Source: an uncultured delta proteobacterium (GTDB taxonomy: Bacteria; Desulfobacterota; Desulfobacteria; Desulfobacterales; B30-G6). From it: DNA of 64,000 nt. The notes below the pieces were generated by a model that was given only the letters and a program-made list of their open reading frames with translations, had not been told where the DNA came from and ran no database searches. Shown here piece by piece: positions 18,635 through 28,548 of the stretch (positions are counted from its first letter, which is position 1; every line of letters starts with the position of its first letter). Made by a program: the position numbers and the translations under genes. Location of the stretch: contig CAWGLD010000001.1 in assembly GCA_963823335.1 (NCBI GenBank), positions 1,792,001 to 1,856,000 on the forward strand, read 5' to 3'.

Positions 18635-20916
18635 TGAACAGATCGATTTTAGACAGCATCGGCAACACTCCCATGGTGGAAATCCGGGCCCTGAACCCCA
18701 ATCATAGGGTCAGAGTTTTGGCCAAGCTGGAATATTTCAATCCCGGCGGGTCCATCAAAGACAGGCCTGCCCTGCAGATGATCGAAAACGGGGAAGCGTC
18801 CGGAGAGCTCACCCGGGACAAGACCGTTATCGAAGCCACCAGCGGCAATACGGGTATCGGCCTGGCGCTTGTCTGTTCGGTCAAAGGCTACCGGCTCCTC
18901 CTGGCCATGTCGGAATCCGTCAGCGGGGAGCGGCGGAAGATCCTCAGGGCAAGGGGTGCGGAAATTTTGCTGACACCCGGTCATTTGGGGACTGATGGCG
19001 CCATCGAAGAAGCGTATCGCCTGGTGCGCGAAAATCCCCAGCGCTACTTTTTGACAGACCAGTTCAATAACGACGCCAACTGGCAGGCTCATTATGATGG
19101 CACCGCACCTGAAATATGGGAACAGACCGGCGGCCAGGTCAACAAAGTTATCATGACACTGGGAACCAGCGGTACGGCCATGGGTGTTTCCCGCAGGATG
19201 AAAGCGTATGATCCGCGCATCGAGATTATCGGTGTCGAACCGTATCTCGGTCATAAAATTCAAGGCCTGAAGAATATGAAAGAGGCCTATCGACCCGAGA
19301 TATTCGATAAAAACCGTCTGGACAGAAAGATCAATATCGAAGACGAAGTTGCTTTCGATATGGCCAGACGTCTTGTGTTGGAAGAAGGCCTTTTTGTGGG
19401 TATGAGCAGTGGCGCTGCCATGGCCATAGCACTGGAGGAAGCCGGCAACATGACAGAGGGGACGCTGGTTGTCATCTTGCCGGACGGTGGTGAACGTTAC
19501 CTGAGCACGCCGCTTTTCACCATCAGGGACAAAGTGGAATTGAAGTTGTTCAATACCATGAGCCGTAAAAAAGACCTGTTCGAACCCCTGGTGCCGGGCA
19601 AGGTTAGCATGTATTCCTGTGGATTGACGGCTCATGCCAAAATCCATCTTGCAGAGTGCCGCCGGTTTGTTTTTTCCGACCTGCTCAGTCGATATCTCGG
19701 CTATCGCGGTTATGATGTGACCCATATTATGAATATTACCGATCTTGACGACAAGACCATCGACGGGTCGGAAAAAGCCGGTATGGCGTTATCTGATTTT
19801 ACACGCCTGCATATCCATGAATTTAAAAACGACTTGAAGTTGCTGGGCATCAAACCGGCCGAAAAATATCCCAGGGCCAGCGAGCACACCGGTGATATGG
19901 TGTCGATTTCAGAGAAACTGGTCAGCAAGGGCGTTGCTTATGAAAAACTGCGTTCAATCTATTTCGATATTTCACGATTCAGGGAATATGGCCGTTTATC
20001 GGGGATCGATATCGACAAGATCCGGCTTGGGGCCACGGTGGATCTGGATGAATACGAGAAGGAGAACCCTCGGGACTTCACGCTCCTGAAACGATCCAAA
20101 TTGTCCGAGCTCAAAAGAGGGATTTACGTCAAAACCGATTGGGGAAACGTGAGGCCCTCCTGGCATCTCCAATGTGCAACCATGTCTATGAAGTACCTTG
20201 GCGACAGCTACGACATCCATACCGCCAGTCGTGAACTGACCTTCCCCCACCACGAAAATGAAATCGCCATCGCCGGAGCCCTGACCGGAAAACCACTGGC
20301 CCGTTTCTGGATTCATTGTGAACGGGTGCTCGTGGACGGAAAGAAAATGGATGAAAAGGGTGAGGGCTTGACGGTCCAGCACCTTATGGACATGGGATTC
20401 AGTGGCAGGGAAATTCGATACTGGCTGATTTCGAGTCATTACCGCAAGCCGGTCCAGTTTGCCCGGACCAAACTTGTCAACGCTAGAAATTCGCTCCAAC
20501 GAATGGATTCCTGTATCTCCAGACTTCATGAATTAGGCGATGGACCTTCCTATCCGGAACTGGATCAGCTATTGTATGATATACGGCATGGCTTTGTGGA
20601 TGCCATGGACGACGATCTCAATATCTCCGCAGCACTGGCAACCATTTTCAGTATGATCAAGAAGATCAATCGCCTGATAGCGGAACAGGCTCTCAACCTG
20701 TCGGATGCCACCAAGATCATTGATGTTTTCAAGAAGATCGATACGGTTCTTAACCTGTTTGAATTTGAAGCTCAGGACCTGGACGCGGACATCCGGGCTC
20801 TCCTGGAAAAACGTGACCAGGCCAGAAAACAGCGAAATTGGGAGCTGGCCGATCAAATAAGGGCAGAGCTCGTCTTGCGGGGTGTTGCGGTCAGGGATCG
20901 GGAAAAAATATCATGA
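18631..20916 (+). CDS. cysS: Cysteine synthase (PALP) - cysteinyl-tRNA synthetase fusion
   Basis: N-terminal NPGGSIKDR, EATSGNTG, GTSGT, DGGERYLS; C-terminal CysRS MYSCG, NITD.DDK, WH.QC, FPHHENE, ADQIR; one continuous 761-aa frame. Confidence 0.88.
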   Translation: MMNRSILDSIGNTPMVEIRALNPNHRVRVLAKLEYFNPGGSIKDRPALQMIENGEASGELTRDKTVIEATSGNTGIGLALVCSVKGYRLLLAMSESVSGERRKILRARGAEILLTPGHLGTDGAIEEAYRLVRENPQRYFLTDQFNNDANWQAHYDGTAPEIWEQTGGQVNKVIMTLGTSGTAMGVSRRMKAYDPRIEIIGVEPYLGHKIQGLKNMKEAYRPEIFDKNRLDRKINIEDEVAFDMARRLVLEEGLFVGMSSGAAMAIALEEAGNMTEGTLVVILPDGGERYLSTPLFTIRDKVELKLFNTMSRKKDLFEPLVPGKVSMYSCGLTAHAKIHLAECRRFVFSDLLSRYLGYRGYDVTHIMNITDLDDKTIDGSEKAGMALSDFTRLHIHEFKNDLKLLGIKPAEKYPRASEHTGDMVSISEKLVSKGVAYEKLRSIYFDISRFREYGRLSGIDIDKIRLGATVDLDEYEKENPRDFTLLKRSKLSELKRGIYVKTDWGNVRPSWHLQCATMSMKYLGDSYDIHTASRELTFPHHENEIAIAGALTGKPLARFWIHCERVLVDGKKMDEKGEGLTVQHLMDMGFSGREIRYWLISSHYRKPVQFARTKLVNARNSLQRMDSCISRLHELGDGPSYPELDQLLYDIRHGFVDAMDDDLNISAALATIFSMIKKINRLIAEQALNLSDATKIIDVFKKIDTVLNLFEFEAQDLDADIRALLEKRDQARKQRNWELADQIRAELVLRGVAVRDREKIS

Positions 20917-21947
20917 AACCCTTATTCTTTCCTTATACCTATGTGATGGAACCGACCATCAAGGACTACCGCTGCTTTTTCAGCGGCATCTCGGTTCTGC
21001 AGTCCTCCATGAAACACATGCCGGAACTTATGGGGCAATGGGCGGCCCAGGGCTTGCTGGAGGTACAGCTGCCTGACCCGGCGGTTTGCCGGGTTTTTGA
21101 TAAGGTTCTGGCTGAAACTGAAAATTGGGCCCGGAACCATCGTGGTGGTGTGGCCTCCTTTATAAAGGGGTACCAGGACGATGTTCCGTTTTTCGGTCCG
21201 TCATCGGTTTCGCAGATACGGCAGGACATCCGCACGGCAGGGCGGGCTGCTTCCCCTGATACACGGCAGCAGGAGTCCCTCCTCCGGGCGCGCATATTTC
21301 TTCAGATAGCGCAGGACTTTGACGCTCATAACCAGTGGCTCTCCCAACAGCTGCAGCAGCAGGAAGTCATGCAAAGAAACCTGTACCGGGAACTCAGGGG
21401 CGATGAGCATTCCACGGGCAGCCTGACCGAACCTGTTCCACCGCGAGAGAACCAGGACCTGTTTGAGTATATGATACTGGATCGTATGAAGGCGTGGTCT
21501 CGTGTGGTGCTATCCCATGGCCACGTGAAAGGACCCCTGGTGACAACGACTGCGTCCGTCCTGAACTTGATCCAGGAGCAGATATCGGATTCTGAAAAAC
21601 CGATCCTGGTGGCGACGATCCCGGCGATTCGCGAGGATGCGCTGACTGCGAACAATGAGCGGCAGGCCCTGATGGAATATTGCCAGAAACTGCTGCATTC
21701 ACCCATGCCCCTCATCAACGATTCCGGCTTGCTGGATGTCTATCCTGCTGAAACCACAGACACCCTTTCCATGAAACTATACCTGCTGCCTGATATTGCT
21801 CCGCAACGGTTTCTTGCCCGGTTTGTCGAAGGAGAATTACCTGGCGACAGGGATGCCGCTGACGAAGTGAATACGCTGATCGGGTTTATCCACAGCATTC
21901 GCACTGACGCCTTGAGGACCAGCGCAGATCAGGGCAATGAAGCGTAA
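20913..21947 (+). CDS. Hypothetical protein
   Basis: 344-aa ORF coupled to the cysS stop through ATGA overlap. Confidence 0.75.
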   Translation: MKPLFFPYTYVMEPTIKDYRCFFSGISVLQSSMKHMPELMGQWAAQGLLEVQLPDPAVCRVFDKVLAETENWARNHRGGVASFIKGYQDDVPFFGPSSVSQIRQDIRTAGRAASPDTRQQESLLRARIFLQIAQDFDAHNQWLSQQLQQQEVMQRNLYRELRGDEHSTGSLTEPVPPRENQDLFEYMILDRMKAWSRVVLSHGHVKGPLVTTTASVLNLIQEQISDSEKPILVATIPAIREDALTANNERQALMEYCQKLLHSPMPLINDSGLLDVYPAETTDTLSMKLYLLPDIAPQRFLARFVEGELPGDRDAADEVNTLIGFIHSIRTDALRTSADQGNEA

Positions 21948-22085
21948 CAGCGGCCGAATTCTCCGTGGCTTGCCGTGAGGAATCTTCAATTCTCCGCTTG
22001 ATAAGTTAACAGGTGCGAATATATTTCCAGAAATTATCAGAAGAAGACTTGACTCGAAAAATGAATTGGTATATTGGCATTTTCG

Positions 22086-22215
22086 TTGATTGTTCTACAA
22101 ATCGCGTGCTCGGCACGCGGTTCCGAACCTGAACTTACGGAGACGCGCTGTCTCCTTTGTCTTTCCCCCATTTTGGGGGAAATCCAAGCCACCCGTTTCA
22201 CGGGTGGTAGTTGAT
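22086..22215. mobile_element. Dispersed four-hairpin element, family A (IS200/IS605-end-like)
   Basis: About 130 bp; near-identical to 38828-38956 and 62970-63098. Confidence 0.75.
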
Positions 22216-22267
22216 TAAAAATGGTGTTTGACACCCTGACTGAACATTACCAAAGGAGGCGTGAAAA

Positions 22268-22456
22268 ATGGCTTTTGTACCTACAGTTGATGAAGGAAAA
22301 TGCGTGGGCTGTGAAGAATGTGTCGATGTTTGTCCTACCGAAGTTTTTGAAATGGTCGATGAAAAATCATCACCCGTGAATGCGGAAGAGTGTCTGGGCT
22401 GTGAGAGTTGTGTAGAAGTATGCGAAGAAGACGCCATTACCGTTGAAGAGACGTAA
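22268..22456 (+). CDS. 2[4Fe-4S] ferredoxin
   Basis: Two CxxCxxCxxxC motifs, acidic 62 aa, AAGGAGG RBS. Confidence 0.95.
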   Translation: MAFVPTVDEGKCVGCEECVDVCPTEVFEMVDEKSSPVNAEECLGCESCVEVCEEDAITVEET

Positions 22457-22468
22457 GCACTTCATATT

Positions 22469-22612
22469 CTGAACCGAAAAAGCGAGTGCTAACCCCGTAG
22501 GTTCTGCCGTTCGGCATTGCTTCGCATGCTGCAGGGTTAGCGAGCGAATCTAAAATAGACAGAATTCCTTACGGTGGAAGATTCCTCGTAGCTTGCTGCG
22601 AGGTTCTTCAAT
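22469..22612 (-). mobile_element. Family B element, inverted copy
   Basis: Reverse complement of 10654-10821, lacking one 26-bp insert. Confidence 0.7.
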
Positions 22613-22660
22613 TTCCCCTGGCCGGGTCGTATCAATGGCCAGGGGAAATCGGGTATCACT

Positions 22661-22927
22661 CATCCTTCTGATGTCCTTTGCGCCACGCGCGTCATTTGTC
22701 CGACCGGACGGCAGTTAGCCTTCGGCTGTCATCAGCATTTCATCCGATATTTTACCCTGCGGGCGTCATTACTTACGGCTGTCATTAATTCTTCGAATGT
22801 CATTATGCCTGCGGCTGATATCTGTGATAGGCGCGATATTCATTGTTACTAATGGCTGACAGCAACAATGAATGACACGAAGTAAATGACCATAAATGAC
22901 GCGGAGCAAATGACATTCGTTTGAAAT
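22661..22927. repeat. AATGAC / mini-hairpin array element (copy C)
   Basis: About nine ~18-nt units (hairpin + GTCATT-like linker), a central CATTGTT..GCTGACAGC..AACAATG core, then four oppositely oriented AATGAC units. Confidence 0.7.
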
Positions 22928-22969
22928 AGTAATATATTTCAAACAAATAAGCATAACACTTAAAACGAT

Positions 22970-24199
22970 TTATACCATAAAATTCTGTTTTTCCATCGGG
23001 GTGATACAGACGGTGGATGATTTCAAGGCGTTCAGCAGTGCCTGGGCCTGGTCATGCTTTTTGTCTATGGCGGCATCTGTCTGGCCGGGGTCATGGTGAA
23101 ACATGTAGAGGGTGCCTACCTTGGCACGATGTGCCAGATGGATCACTTCCGTGATGGATGAATGCCCCCAGCGCGCTTTTTGGGCGTACTCCTCCTCGTC
23201 ATAGGTGCAATCGGTGATCAATGCATCTGTGTTGCGTATGAAGGTCGTCAATTTCTTGATATAGGCGCCGTTGTAAAAACGGCTCGATTTGGGAAATAGC
23301 TCATTGTCGGTGATGTAGCAGATGGAGCGGTCCTTGTAGTCGATCCGGTACCCCAGGCAATGTCCCGGGTGATTGAGAAGAACCGTCTGAACCTTGATGC
23401 CGTCTATGGAAACAACACCTTCCTTCAGGTTCTGGAAGGATACGGTGGCACCGAATTCCTTGATTTCGATAGGGAAATAGACACCGTCCATCTGTCCGGA
23501 AATCAGTTCACGTATGGAAATATCCCCATGGGCTGGTCCCATGATCTCGAATTCATTGCCCTGCTTGTACAGGGGGGTGAAAAAAGGCAGGGCATTGATA
23601 TGGTCCCAGTGGGGATGGGAGATAAATATCTTGGCTTCGATCTGTGAACGGTTCTGGGTCTCGAGATGATCCGACAGGGATTTGATGCCTGTCCCGGCAT
23701 CGAAGATAAAGAGACCTCCTTTTGGAAACTCGAGACTTATGCAACTTGTATTGCCACCGTAGCGAATCGTTTCCTGTCCGGGCACAGGCAAGGTTCCTCT
23801 GACGCCCCAGAAAGTCATTTCGATGCGATCTTCCACGATACGCTGGATCTGTCCCGCGATTTTATCGGGAGCCACCGGTTTGACGATATAACCATCGGCG
23901 CCCATGTCAAACGCCCGTTTGCGGTCAATTTCATAAGCTTTGCCGGAGACCACCACAATTTTGGTTTTGTTCAGGTCGGGGTCGGCTCTCACCTGCATGC
24001 ATAACTCAAGACCGTCGATGTCCGGCATCATGATGTCGAGGATGAGACAATCGGGTTTGAGACGTTTGATTTCCTGGAGAGCACTGGAACTGGTGGTGCT
24101 CGATGCGATGGTCAATAAATCCGAAGCCAGGTACTTGGTCAGAAACTTGATAAAGACCCGATCATCGTCGACAATGAAATATGTTCGTTTTTCATGCAT
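22970..24199 (-). CDS. Response regulator fused to an MBL-fold metallo-hydrolase
   Basis: REC domain (VDDD, LDIMMP, KP) + FWGVRGT, YGGNTSC, SHPHWDHI, HHDP. Confidence 0.9.
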   Translation of the reverse strand: MHEKRTYFIVDDDRVFIKFLTKYLASDLLTIASSTTSSSALQEIKRLKPDCLILDIMMPDIDGLELCMQVRADPDLNKTKIVVVSGKAYEIDRKRAFDMGADGYIVKPVAPDKIAGQIQRIVEDRIEMTFWGVRGTLPVPGQETIRYGGNTSCISLEFPKGGLFIFDAGTGIKSLSDHLETQNRSQIEAKIFISHPHWDHINALPFFTPLYKQGNEFEIMGPAHGDISIRELISGQMDGVYFPIEIKEFGATVSFQNLKEGVVSIDGIKVQTVLLNHPGHCLGYRIDYKDRSICYITDNELFPKSSRFYNGAYIKKLTTFIRNTDALITDCTYDEEEYAQKARWGHSSITEVIHLAHRAKVGTLYMFHHDPGQTDAAIDKKHDQAQALLNALKSSTVCITPMEKQNFMV

Positions 24200-24212
24200 G
24201 GCAAAACCACTC

Positions 24213-24366
24213 AAATCCGAAACACGAAATTCGAAAACCTAAACAATACCCAATGACACAAATTCGAATGATCAAAACAAACCGTGTAAAGTATAATCCC
24301 ACGCTCTGTTTTGGTCATTTGGGTATTTGATATTGTTTCGGATTTAGATATTCGATATTCGGATTT
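24213..24366. repeat. Imperfect palindrome built of ~7-nt AAATCCG/TCGAAAT-type repeats
   Basis: AAATCCGAAACACGAAATTCG...CAAAACA / TGTTTTG...CGATATTCGGATTT; related to 44592-44677. Confidence 0.65.
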
Positions 24367-24406
24367 CCTCGCTCTTAATAGTTGGCGGTAATCCACCTGC
24401 TTTCTT

Positions 24407-25438
24407 TTATGGATTTTCGCTGGCGATTTTCCGGAAGACCGGCAGGGATTCCATAAAAAGGTTATAAAAAAAGGGGTCGAAGTGATTTCCCCTGGCTTCA
24501 TCCATTTTTCTGAGAACCTCTTTTTCAGGCTCGGCCTTACGGTAAACCCGATCCTGGCTGAGGGCATCGTAAACATCCACCAGGGAAACGATCCTGGCCG
24601 CCTCGGGTATTTCTTCGGCTGAACGATTTTCAGGGTAACCTTTTCCTTCCCATTTCTCATGGTGATAGAGCGCGATATCGTGGGCTAGTTGCAACATGGG
24701 AAATTCAGAATCCCCCAATATTTGACCACCGATGGTCGTGTGTGACTTGATCACCTCGAACTCTTCTGTGGTAAGCGGGCCCTCTTTTTGCAGGATGGCA
24801 TCCGGAACACCTATTTTGCCGATGTCATGCATGGGAGCGGCCAAACGGATATCATCCACCTGTTGCTTGGTCCACCCTGCAGCCTCGGCCAGGTGGGCGC
24901 TGTAGAGACCGATCCGCCTGACATGCCCGCCGGTTTCTTCATCCCGCGATTCGAGTGCCGTCAAGAGCCGGATGATGGTTTCTTCCTGGGTCTGGCGGAT
25001 CATGCGGGTCTGTTTCTGGACGATTTTTTCGAGTCCTTCTCCGTACTCCCTGAGGGTTCTTTCCAGCCTGACGGTTCTTTCCCCCACTGTGAGACGGGCG
25101 CGAAGTTCATCGGGCTCAAATGGCTTAATGACATAATCGTCCACACCGACTTCGGATAACCCTTTGACCACATCTTCCTTGTCCCCCCTGGATGTCAGGA
25201 GGATCGTGTAGACATAAGGTTTTTCTCTTCCCCGGCTACGGATATGGCCCACCAGTTCCAGGCCGTCCATTTCCGGCATCATCCAGTCTGTGATTACGAT
25301 GTCGATATCCTTGGATAGGAAATGCTCCAGGGCAGCCAGCCCGTTTTCCGAGGTGATGACTTGGTGGTCCCACTTTTCAAGGAAATGCTGCAGCCTGTGC
25401 CGGGTAACCCCATCGTCTTCAGCTATCAGTATCTTCAA
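24407..25438 (-). CDS. Response regulator with HD-GYP c-di-GMP phosphodiesterase domain (RpfG-like)
   Basis: REC domain + ETGGHVRR, HDIGK, HHEKWEGKGYP. Confidence 0.93.
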   Translation of the reverse strand: MKILIAEDDGVTRHRLQHFLEKWDHQVITSENGLAALEHFLSKDIDIVITDWMMPEMDGLELVGHIRSRGREKPYVYTILLTSRGDKEDVVKGLSEVGVDDYVIKPFEPDELRARLTVGERTVRLERTLREYGEGLEKIVQKQTRMIRQTQEETIIRLLTALESRDEETGGHVRRIGLYSAHLAEAAGWTKQQVDDIRLAAPMHDIGKIGVPDAILQKEGPLTTEEFEVIKSHTTIGGQILGDSEFPMLQLAHDIALYHHEKWEGKGYPENRSAEEIPEAARIVSLVDVYDALSQDRVYRKAEPEKEVLRKMDEARGNHFDPFFYNLFMESLPVFRKIASENP

Positions 25439-28086
25439 TTCATTGTCTCCCTGGACAAATCTAAAAACATTCTTTCGAGGCTGTCGAGTTCGCTGGAAAG
25501 TTGTGTGTAGGTGTCTGCGGCCCGTTCAAGATTTCCCTCGGCGCCCATCTTTTCGAGATTGTATGCTTTTTTAGTTGCTGTTTCAACCTGAAAATTACCC
25601 AGCATGCCCTTGAGGGCATGTGCTGTCCGCTGGAGTGCAGGTGCATCCCCGGTCTGGATGGCAGCATGAATATTTTTGAGCATTTCCGGATAATCCGCGA
25701 CAAACATGTCTAGGACCTCTTTTAGAAAATCCCAGTCATTGTCGAATGCTTTCAAAAGGGCCTCTCTATCGAATAGCGGTTGCGTGTTTTCTGCCACGGC
25801 TGATTTCTCCTTGTTGGGTCCGGAGCGTTCCGGTACGAGTGTTCTGATAGCATTCAAGAGGGCTTCGGAAGAAATGGGTTTTGGAACGTAGTCATCCATA
25901 CCCGCCGCGAGGCAACGTTCACGATCGCCTTTCATGGCATGCGCTGTCATGGCGATGACAGGGGTGTGCCCGCCTGTCTTTTCTTCGAATTCCCGTATTC
26001 GGGCGGTGGCCTCAAACCCGTCCATTTCCGGCATTTGAACATCCATGAGGATGAGGTCATAGCGATCCTCGGAAACGGCTGTAACTGCCTTGCGGCCATC
26101 CCCTACAATTACGGCCGTGTGACCCCATCTGCCGAGCAGGCGCGTAATGAACTTCTGATTGAAGGGTGTGTCTTCGGCAACGAGAATCTTGAGAGGTTGC
26201 ATCTGAGCGTTATGGGTCGGTTTTAGTGCGGGCGCTTCTTTTTCCTGATCGGATTCCGTCTGCACAACGGCATTGATGATGGCATCCAGCAGGTCCGATG
26301 GCCGTACCGGTTTAGTGATGGACGAAGATATGTTCAAATCCTGCATGTCCACCTGCCGCCGGTCCCGCAGCGAGGTGATCATCAGGATTATGTTACAATC
26401 CAGGTCTTTTTGGTCCCTGATCCATCTGGCAAGCGAAAAACCATCCGCTCCCGGCATATCGGAGTCGATCAGTACCAGCCCAAAGGGATTTCCGGATGCC
26501 TGGGCTTCGGAGAGAATCTCCTTGGCTTTTCCAGAACTGGTAATGCCGATAGGAGATAAATGCCAGCTCTCCATCATTTCCATGATGATTTCGAGATTGC
26601 TCAGGTTGTCGTCGACGACGAGTCCCTTTACACCGCTTATATCGATATCCGGTTTGTGCGTTGTGGATTCGCCGTCCGTCACTGGCTGCTCAAAATGGGC
26701 CGTGAAATGGAAAGCGCTTCCAGGCCCCACGGCATCACCCTGGGAGGGGGTCTGTCTGGACGATACGGGGCTTTCAATCCAGATGCGACCGTTCATCAAC
26801 GTCACCAGTTGTTTGGATACCGCCAGGCCCAGCCCTGTACCGCCGTACTTGCGGGTGGTGCTTCCATCTGCCTGGGCAAAAGCACCGAAAATCGATTCCT
26901 GTTTTTTCTTGGGTATCCCGATACCGGTGTCCCTCACCGAAAAAGTCAGATGATAGGGATCCTGTCCACTGGTTTCGGGGCCGACCACCAGGACGATTTC
27001 CCCTTTTTCTGTAAATTTGACGGCGTTACCGATGAGGTTGAGAACAATCTGGCGGACTCTTGACGGATCCCCCACGATCATTTCCGGCACATTGGGATCG
27101 ACCCGATAGGCCAGTTCCAGTTTTTTTTCATGGGCCTTGGATGCGACGATCCTGAGGGATTCTCCTAAAAATTCCTTGAGGTTGAAAGGGATGGCTTCGA
27201 GCTCCAGTTTGCCTGCTTCGATTTTTGAAAAATCGAGAATGTCGTTGATGAGTGAGAGGAGAGCGTAGGCAGCGGAGATGACAACGTTCAGATCTTCTCG
27301 TTGCTCGGGCTTCAGATCCGAGTCCAGAGAAAGTTCGGTAAGTCCGATAATCGAATTCAGAGGGGTGCGGATCTCGTGACTCATGTTGGCCAGGAACTCG
27401 CTCTTGGACCTGCTGGCAGCCTCGGCGGCCAGTTTTTCCTGGTACATGGCCTCGGTCAGTTTTCGTCGGGTAATGTCCCGCAGAAAGCCTCGGAATCCCG
27501 TTGTTTCGCCCTCGGCATCCTTGATCAGGGTTAGGGTGGTTTCAAAATATCCTTCAGAACCGTCCACTTTTTTAAAAGACCAGTCAAGATCATTCGACTG
27601 GACAGTCTCATCGTTTGAAATTGCCTCGAAGGTCTGCATCAGCATCCGGCCATTTTCTTGTGCCAGAATGGAATGGATATCCCTGCCTATGATGTCATGC
27701 TGAGATTGTTCGAGGATCTTCGCCAGGGAACTGTTACAGAATGTCAAGATGCCTTGTGTGTTGAATTCGTAGTAGCCGTCCTCGATACTTTCGATAATGG
27801 TTCTGTATTTTTCTTCGCTTTCGCGCATGGCGGCTTCGGCAATTTTTCGCTGGTTGATGGTGAACTGGGCGTGGGAACCAAAAATAGCGAAAAAGGACAG
27901 TACCAGGAATCGGGTGAGCAGGTCATTGACGTGGGGTCCGATGAGACGCTGGGAAAAGCTGATATCATTGGGAAGCATGGCATATACCAAGGCTTCGATG
28001 AACCAGTAGAAAATGGCTAAACCGAAACCGATGAGGGCCATATGATCCAGGAATCGTTTTCTGCTTATGTTTTTCATCGGCGCCAT
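25435..28086 (-). CDS. Hybrid sensor histidine kinase (TM-PAS-HisKA-HATPase-REC-REC-Hpt)
   Basis: [28 protein letters not shown], two REC domains, AHALKG Hpt. Confidence 0.95.
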   Translation of the reverse strand: MAPMKNISRKRFLDHMALIGFGLAIFYWFIEALVYAMLPNDISFSQRLIGPHVNDLLTRFLVLSFFAIFGSHAQFTINQRKIAEAAMRESEEKYRTIIESIEDGYYEFNTQGILTFCNSSLAKILEQSQHDIIGRDIHSILAQENGRMLMQTFEAISNDETVQSNDLDWSFKKVDGSEGYFETTLTLIKDAEGETTGFRGFLRDITRRKLTEAMYQEKLAAEAASRSKSEFLANMSHEIRTPLNSIIGLTELSLDSDLKPEQREDLNVVISAAYALLSLINDILDFSKIEAGKLELEAIPFNLKEFLGESLRIVASKAHEKKLELAYRVDPNVPEMIVGDPSRVRQIVLNLIGNAVKFTEKGEIVLVVGPETSGQDPYHLTFSVRDTGIGIPKKKQESIFGAFAQADGSTTRKYGGTGLGLAVSKQLVTLMNGRIWIESPVSSRQTPSQGDAVGPGSAFHFTAHFEQPVTDGESTTHKPDIDISGVKGLVVDDNLSNLEIIMEMMESWHLSPIGITSSGKAKEILSEAQASGNPFGLVLIDSDMPGADGFSLARWIRDQKDLDCNIILMITSLRDRRQVDMQDLNISSSITKPVRPSDLLDAIINAVVQTESDQEKEAPALKPTHNAQMQPLKILVAEDTPFNQKFITRLLGRWGHTAVIVGDGRKAVTAVSEDRYDLILMDVQMPEMDGFEATARIREFEEKTGGHTPVIAMTAHAMKGDRERCLAAGMDDYVPKPISSEALLNAIRTLVPERSGPNKEKSAVAENTQPLFDREALLKAFDNDWDFLKEVLDMFVADYPEMLKNIHAAIQTGDAPALQRTAHALKGMLGNFQVETATKKAYNLEKMGAEGNLERAADTYTQLSSELDSLERMFLDLSRETMN

Positions 28087-28211
28087 TCTATGATAAAACG
28101 ATGAAAACTACAACAGTATTTTCCAGGGTCCGACCCCCACCGGTTGTTGTGGCGGTTCGTTTAAAACATATATATTGCGATCAAGACAAAACTGTGGTAG
28201 TTTCCCACATC

Positions 28212-28544
28212 ATGAAACAGTATGTCATCGATGAGATAAGAGTTGAAGATTATATACAAATCAAAGCTTTTCTCGAAAAGGAATATGGGACATCAGAACT
28301 GGGAGGAATCCACTGGATCCCGGTGGATGAGGCACTGCTGACATCGCTCCAGGCATCCCACCGGTCGTGTCAACCGTACTATGTTGCCCTGGACCTTGAA
28401 CCCGACAGGTTGTGCTGCGAACTGCTGATTCGAACCAAACAACGCGTTCGTTGCGATTGTGTGGGCTACGCCAACCAGGAACAGCGTAACTGGGTTATCA
28501 ACGGAATAGACAGGGTGTTTGAACAATTGGAGATCATTACATAA
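28212..28544 (+). CDS. Hypothetical protein
   Basis: 110-aa ORF MKQYVIDE..., first gene of the plsC-rnj unit. Confidence 0.7.
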   Translation: MKQYVIDEIRVEDYIQIKAFLEKEYGTSELGGIHWIPVDEALLTSLQASHRSCQPYYVALDLEPDRLCCELLIRTKQRVRCDCVGYANQEQRNWVINGIDRVFEQLEIIT

Positions 28545-28548
28545 TCAC

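Noticed and set aside
22661-22927. TIGR-Tas or box C/D-like guide array
   Set aside because: Variable segments are self-complementary hairpins rather than target-like spacers, and there is no adjacent Nop-domain gene
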